The notes under the pieces: generated by a model
Told to the model about the DNA's origin: nothing
The model's input: the letters and a program-made list of their open reading frames with translations, nothing else
Database searches by the model: none
In this document: positions 10,626 to 14,737 of the stretch, in pieces
How the letters are laid out: each line of letters starts with the position of its first letter
Numbering within the stretch: position 1 is the first letter of the stretch
Position numbers and translations under genes: made by a program
DNA from: Octopus sinensis
Lineage: Eukaryota
Reading direction: 5' to 3'
DNA: 14,737 nt
Assembly (NCBI RefSeq): GCF_006345805.1
Contig: NW_021825715.1
Location: forward strand, 1 to 14,737

Positions 10626-10776
10626 ATATGTGTGCGTGTTCCCAATATTGTAAAGATTTCTAGTTGACATCCAATGAAGTTTATGCACGTTTATCTGTGC
10701 TGTATATTCGTTTTTCGGGTATATTCCTTCGTTGTTCGTTTGTATTACTTTTTGTATAAACATATATATATATATA

Positions 10777-10995
10777 TATTTCTTTACTACCCACAAGGGG
10801 CTAAACACAGAGGGGATAAACAAGGACAGACAAACGGATTAAGTCGATTTCATCGACCCCAGTGCGTAACTGGTACTTAATTTATCGACCACGAAAGGAT
10901 GAAAGGCAAAGTCGACCTCGGCGGAATTTGAACTCAGAACGTAACGGCAGACGAAATACGGCTACGCATTTCGCCCGGCGTGCTAACGTTTCTGC
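10777..10995 (-). mobile_element. Family A SINE monomer (A4), truncated within the A box, tail running into (TA)n
   Basis: The reverse complement aligns along A1 from gcagaa.cgttagcacg to the tail gtagtaaagaaata. Confidence 0.92.
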
Positions 10996-11004
10996 ATATG
11001 AATG

Positions 11005-11172
11005 TGTGTATACATATACGTATTTATGTATGTATGTGTGTGTGTATGTATGTATGTATGTGTGTATGTATGTATGTATGTATGTATGTATGTATGTATG
11101 TATGTATGTATCTATGTATGTATGCATGCATGTATGTATGTATGTGCGTGTGTGTGTGTGTGTGTGTATATA
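11005..11172 (+). repeat. (TATG)n/(TG)n microsatellite, opposite polarity to most repeats in the window
   Basis: Read directly. Confidence 0.95.
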
Positions 11173-11424
11173 TGCGATTGAAGTTTGGAAGACACCAGTT
11201 AACCATTCAAAAACATACAGACTTATCTTCACTTAAACATTTATTTCTTGGTATATGAGAGCTAGTCATTGACAAGGATACTCTGCGTCTAATATGCGAG
11301 TGGATACACGCACGCACACACATACACACAGTGTTTTCTTACTGAACAAAGTGTCTAACTTCTTTCGTAAAATTAATTTTTATTTACCAATCAACATTTT
11401 AAGATAAAGTACGGAATTTGAGGA

Positions 11425-12991
11425 AACACATGATGGAGAACGTTGACAACGCATGAGGGAGAGTGTCGACAACACATGAGAGAGAGTGTCGACAACAAAT
11501 GAAGGAGAATGTCGACAACAAATCAGGAAGAGTGTCGACAACAAATCAGGGAAAGTGTCGACAAGAAATGAGGAAGAGTGTCGACAACAAATTAGGGAGA
11601 TTGTCGATAACACATGAGGAGAGTGTCGACAGCAAATGAGGAAGAGTGTCGACAAAAAATGGGGGAGAGTGTCGACAAGAAATGAGGGAGAGTGTCGACA
11701 ACACATGAGGAGAGTGTCGACAGCAAATGAGGAAGAGTGTCGACAAAAAATGGAGGAGAGTGTCGACAACAAATGAGGGAGAGTGTCGACAACACATGAG
11801 GAGAGTGTCGACAGCAAATGAGGAAGAGTGTCGACAACACATGAGGGAGAGTGTCGATAACACATGAGGGAGAGTGTCGACAACACATGAGGGAGAATGT
11901 CGATAACACATGAGGGAGAGTGTCGACAACACATGAGGGAGAGTGTCGACAACACATGAGGGAGAGTGTCGACAACACATGAGGGATAGTGTCGACAACA
12001 ACAAATGAGGAAGAGTATCGATAACACATGAGGGAGAGTGTCGACAACAACAAATGAGGAAGATGGTCGATAACACATGAGGGAGAGTGTCGACAACACA
12101 TGAGGGAGAGTGTCGACAACAACAAATGAGGGAGAGTGTCGATAACAACAAATGAGGAAGAATGTCGATAACACATGAGGGAGAGTGTCGACAACAAATG
12201 AGGGAGAGTGTCGATAACAACAAATGAGGAAGAATGTCGATAACAAATGAGGAAGAGTGTCGACAACACATGAGGGAGAGTGTCGATAACACATGAGGGA
12301 TAGTGTCGACAACAACAAATGAGGAAGAATGTCGATAACACATGAGGGAGAGTGTCGACAACACATGAGGGATAGTATCGACAACAACAAATGAGGGAGA
12401 GTATCGATAACACATGAGGGAGAGTGTCGACAACACATGAGGAGAGTGTCGATACATGAGGGAGAGTGTCGACACAACACATGAGGGAGAGTGTCGACAA
12501 CACATGAGGGAGAGGAGTGTTCGACAAAACAAATAATGAGGGAGAGTGTCGATAAACACATGAGGGGAGAGTGTCGACAACAAACAAATGAGGAAGAATG
12601 TCGATAACACATGAGGGAGAGTGTCGACAACACATGAGGGGAGAGTGTCGACAACACATGAGTGGAGAGTGTCGACAACAACAAATGAGGGAGGAGTGTC
12701 GATAAACACATGAGGGAGTAGTGTCGAAAACACATGAGGGAGAGTGTCGATAACACATGAGGGAGGTGTCACAACAACAAATGAGGGAGAGTGTCGATAA
12801 CACATGAGGGAGGAGTCGACAACACATGAGGAGAGTGTCGATAACACATGAGGGATAGTGTCGACAACAACAATGAGGAAGAATGTCGATAACAAATGAG
12901 GAAGAGTGTCGAAAACACATGAGGGAGAGTGTCGATAACACATGAGGGAGAGTGTCGACAACACAGATGAGGGAGAGAGTGTCGACAACAA
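11425..12991 (+). repeat. Minisatellite, ~66 units, consensus TGTCGACAACACATGAGGGAGAG (23 bp; 22- and 26-bp variants)
   Basis: I counted 66 cores by hand, including two degenerate ones; units are head-to-tail with no unique spacers. Confidence 0.97.
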
Positions 12992-13269
12992 AAGAGACCA
13001 AAATCTAGAGGTAGGGATATTGCTTAATTTAATTGTGATAGGCTTTTGTCTTTTATGGAAGCGTTAGAAACCAGAGGAAGACGAATCATTTTTAATAGGC
13101 TTGAATGTGAAAAATAAGATTTTTTAGGTTTTGTGTTTTTCTTCTCTTGTAGAATTACAAGAAAAGATTTTAAAGATAAATAAATGGATCTCGCGTCAGA
13201 ATTTTCCCAACCATGAGTGTTGAGTAGTTCGATCAACTAAACTACCAGGCTCATTGAATAACATGTTAG

Positions 13270-13445
13270 TGACCGAGTATTCCAAAGAGCTTCTCTAAAC
13301 TTAAAATTAACGTAGTTCTCAGGAGATTCAGCATGACACAGAATGTGACAAGGCTGGCCCCTTTTAATTAAAACTCATTTTTTTCAGCTGAGTGGACGCG
13401 GGATCAACGTGAAGTTAAGTGTTTTACTCAAGGAACAATACACTG
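13270..13445 (-). mobile_element. Family D CORE-like SINE fragment, head missing
   Basis: Minus strand 13437-13417 reads tgttccttgagtaaaacactt, like CCTTGAGCAAGACACTT; the adjoining ccactcagctg...ccagccttgtcaca...gagaactacgttaa matches my recall of an octopus SINE. There is only one copy here, so the call rests on recall. Confidence 0.6.
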
Positions 13446-13498
13446 CCATTTTCATAATACTTTGGTCTCAAATTTTGGCACAATGTCAGGGGTCAAGA

Positions 13499-13636
13499 GG
13501 TACTTATTTTATCGATTCTGAAAGGATGAAAATCTAAGTCGACCTCGGCGGAATTTGAACTCAGGACGCAACGACAGACAAAATGCCACTAAGCAATATT
13601 CCCGGTGTGCTAACGATTCTGCCAGCTCGCCGCCTT
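13499..13636 (-). mobile_element. Family A SINE (A5), intact head and core, tail lost or diverged
   Basis: Reverse complement reads aaggcggcgagctggcagaatcgttagcacaccggg...gagttcaaattccgccgaggtcgacttagattttcatcctttc. Confidence 0.88.
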
Positions 13637-13660
13637 GATAAGCAATATATTACAAAACAA

Positions 13661-13896
13661 TAATCTTTCTGCTGGAAGCACAGGCCTCAAATTTGGGGGA
13701 AGGGATTAAGTCGATACATCGACCCCAGTGCGTAACTGGTATTTATTTAATCGACCCCGAGAGGATGAAAGGCAAAGTCGACCCCGGCGGGAATTTGAAA
13801 CTCACAACGTAGCGACAGGCGAAATACCTATTTCTTTTAGACGAAATACCGCTGAGCATTTCGCCCGGCATGCTAACGATTCTGCCAGTTCGCCGC
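13661..13896 (-). mobile_element. Family A SINE (A6), internally deleted dimer with an A3-type tail
   Basis: Head 13839-13896 differs from A1 2406-2463 at one base; it is followed by the tail/body junction aaagaaataggtatttc and then a second body. Confidence 0.88.
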
Positions 13897-13944
13897 TTTA
13901 TTTTGATAATTAATATTATTAAAATAATAAAATCAAGTACGTGT

Positions 13945-14016
13945 ATAGATAGATAGATAGACAGATGTTCAATCAGCACTCAGACATGCACACACATACA
14001 CACACACACACACACA

Positions 14017-14049
<33 letters not shown>

Positions 14050-14050
14050 A
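13945..14050 (+). repeat. (TAGA)n, (CA)n and (TA)n microsatellites
   Basis: Read directly. Confidence 0.9.
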
Positions 14051-14265
14051 ACATAGAGGAATGCCAGTGTAATAGTCGACTGTTAATGTGGGAATAGCTT
14101 GACTGCTGGTGGTTGAATAACTATGAAAATACTTACGATCCTCTTGTGATAGCAGAAGAGGTAAAATATTGCGAATTCATCCAGTAAAGCGTTTCTAAGT
14201 GTTATTTTGATAGTTTAAGCTGTTCATAGCCTCCTTAGTGTAATCGCTAACGCGGTGGCTCCTAC

Positions 14266-14394
14266 CTATAGCACGTACGAATTTCGACTCCATTGAACAG
14301 TCCGTAAACTTTTTCTGTCTCAAGACCACTGGTGCAGCGTGGGGTATCTAGGGAGTGAAACGCACAGTGTGACCACTTGATGGGGTAACATATG
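14266..14394 (-). other. Weak candidate internal exon (129 nt, phase 2-2)
   Basis: Minus strand: ctttcttaac...actttcag| acceptor, one open frame ICYPIKWSHCAFHSLDTPRCTSGLETEKVYGLFNGVEIRTCY, donor AG|GTAGGA. The peptide is not recognised. Confidence 0.25.
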
Positions 14395-14591
14395 CTGAAA
14401 GTAATGCTATGTTAAGAAAGGGAGCCCCAATTTGGCAACCACACAGAGCGGACACAACCCACATTACGCCACTGTTGAAGATGTACACCTCAGTGGATTG
14501 TCTTTATATTTTTATCGCCTTCCATAAAAAAAAAGATTAAAAGGATATACTTCGCAATATATTACGATTTTATACTAACCTCTCAAATGTA

Positions 14592-14737
14592 TTGCTTCAG
14601 ATTTCAACTGCGGCCATGCTGGGGCACCGCCTTAAACGGTTTAGGTTAACAAATCGACCCCAGTATTTTATGTTTAAGCTTGAAAGTGATCTGTTGGGCT
14701 CTTTTGTCGAACTGTAGTTACGGGGGACATAAATAAC
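14592..14737 (-). mobile_element. Family B SINE 3' module (B4), running off the window end
   Basis: actgcggccatgctggggcaccgcc...aatcgaccccagta...ttacgggggacataaa, colinear with 3301-3425. Confidence 0.8.

Noticed and set aside
5864-11258. Many [12 protein letters not shown] and MYVC ORFs
   Set aside because: They are translations of dinucleotide and tetranucleotide repeats.
11425-12991. CRISPR array (palindromic ~23-26 bp repeats)
   Set aside because: Units are head-to-tail with no unique spacers, there is no leader or cas gene, and the context is eukaryotic.
11380-13001. Three long minus-strand ORFs (458, 469 and 481 aa)
   Set aside because: All three frames are open because the reverse complement of the monomer almost never contains a stop codon; the same peptide (VVDTLPHVLSTLSLMCCRHSPSC) cycles through the frames because 23 is not a multiple of 3.
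13128-13230. Plus-strand exon after a strong pyrimidine tract/TAG acceptor, with a small TCTTGTA-gaat-TACAAGA hairpin
   Set aside because: Two frames stop quickly, the third has only weak donors, and a 7-bp stem is expected by chance in AT-rich DNA.

Overview
This is eukaryotic, essentially non-coding and very repeat-dense DNA (intergenic or deep intronic). From my recall of the SINE sequences it is most likely an octopod (Octopus-like) genome; that assignment is inferred and not checked by any search. Roughly two thirds of the window is simple or tandem repeat: (CA)n, (TA)n, (TACA)n, (CAT)n, (CAC)n, (CT)n and a ~1.57 kb, ~66-unit 23-bp minisatellite with a TGTCGACA palindromic core. The rest holds copies and fragments of about four short interspersed families, labelled here A to D (my labels). 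A is a tRNA-headed SINE that occurs as tandem multimers. B is a composite SINE with a CORE-like motif and an internal microsatellite. C is an old (CAA)n-tailed element. D is a CORE-like SINE fragment. None of the listed ORFs is a credible gene: they are translations of repeats. One weak candidate exon lies at 14266-14394 on the minus strand. I found no CRISPR array, RNA gene or new biological system; the best findings concern repeat architecture and evolution.
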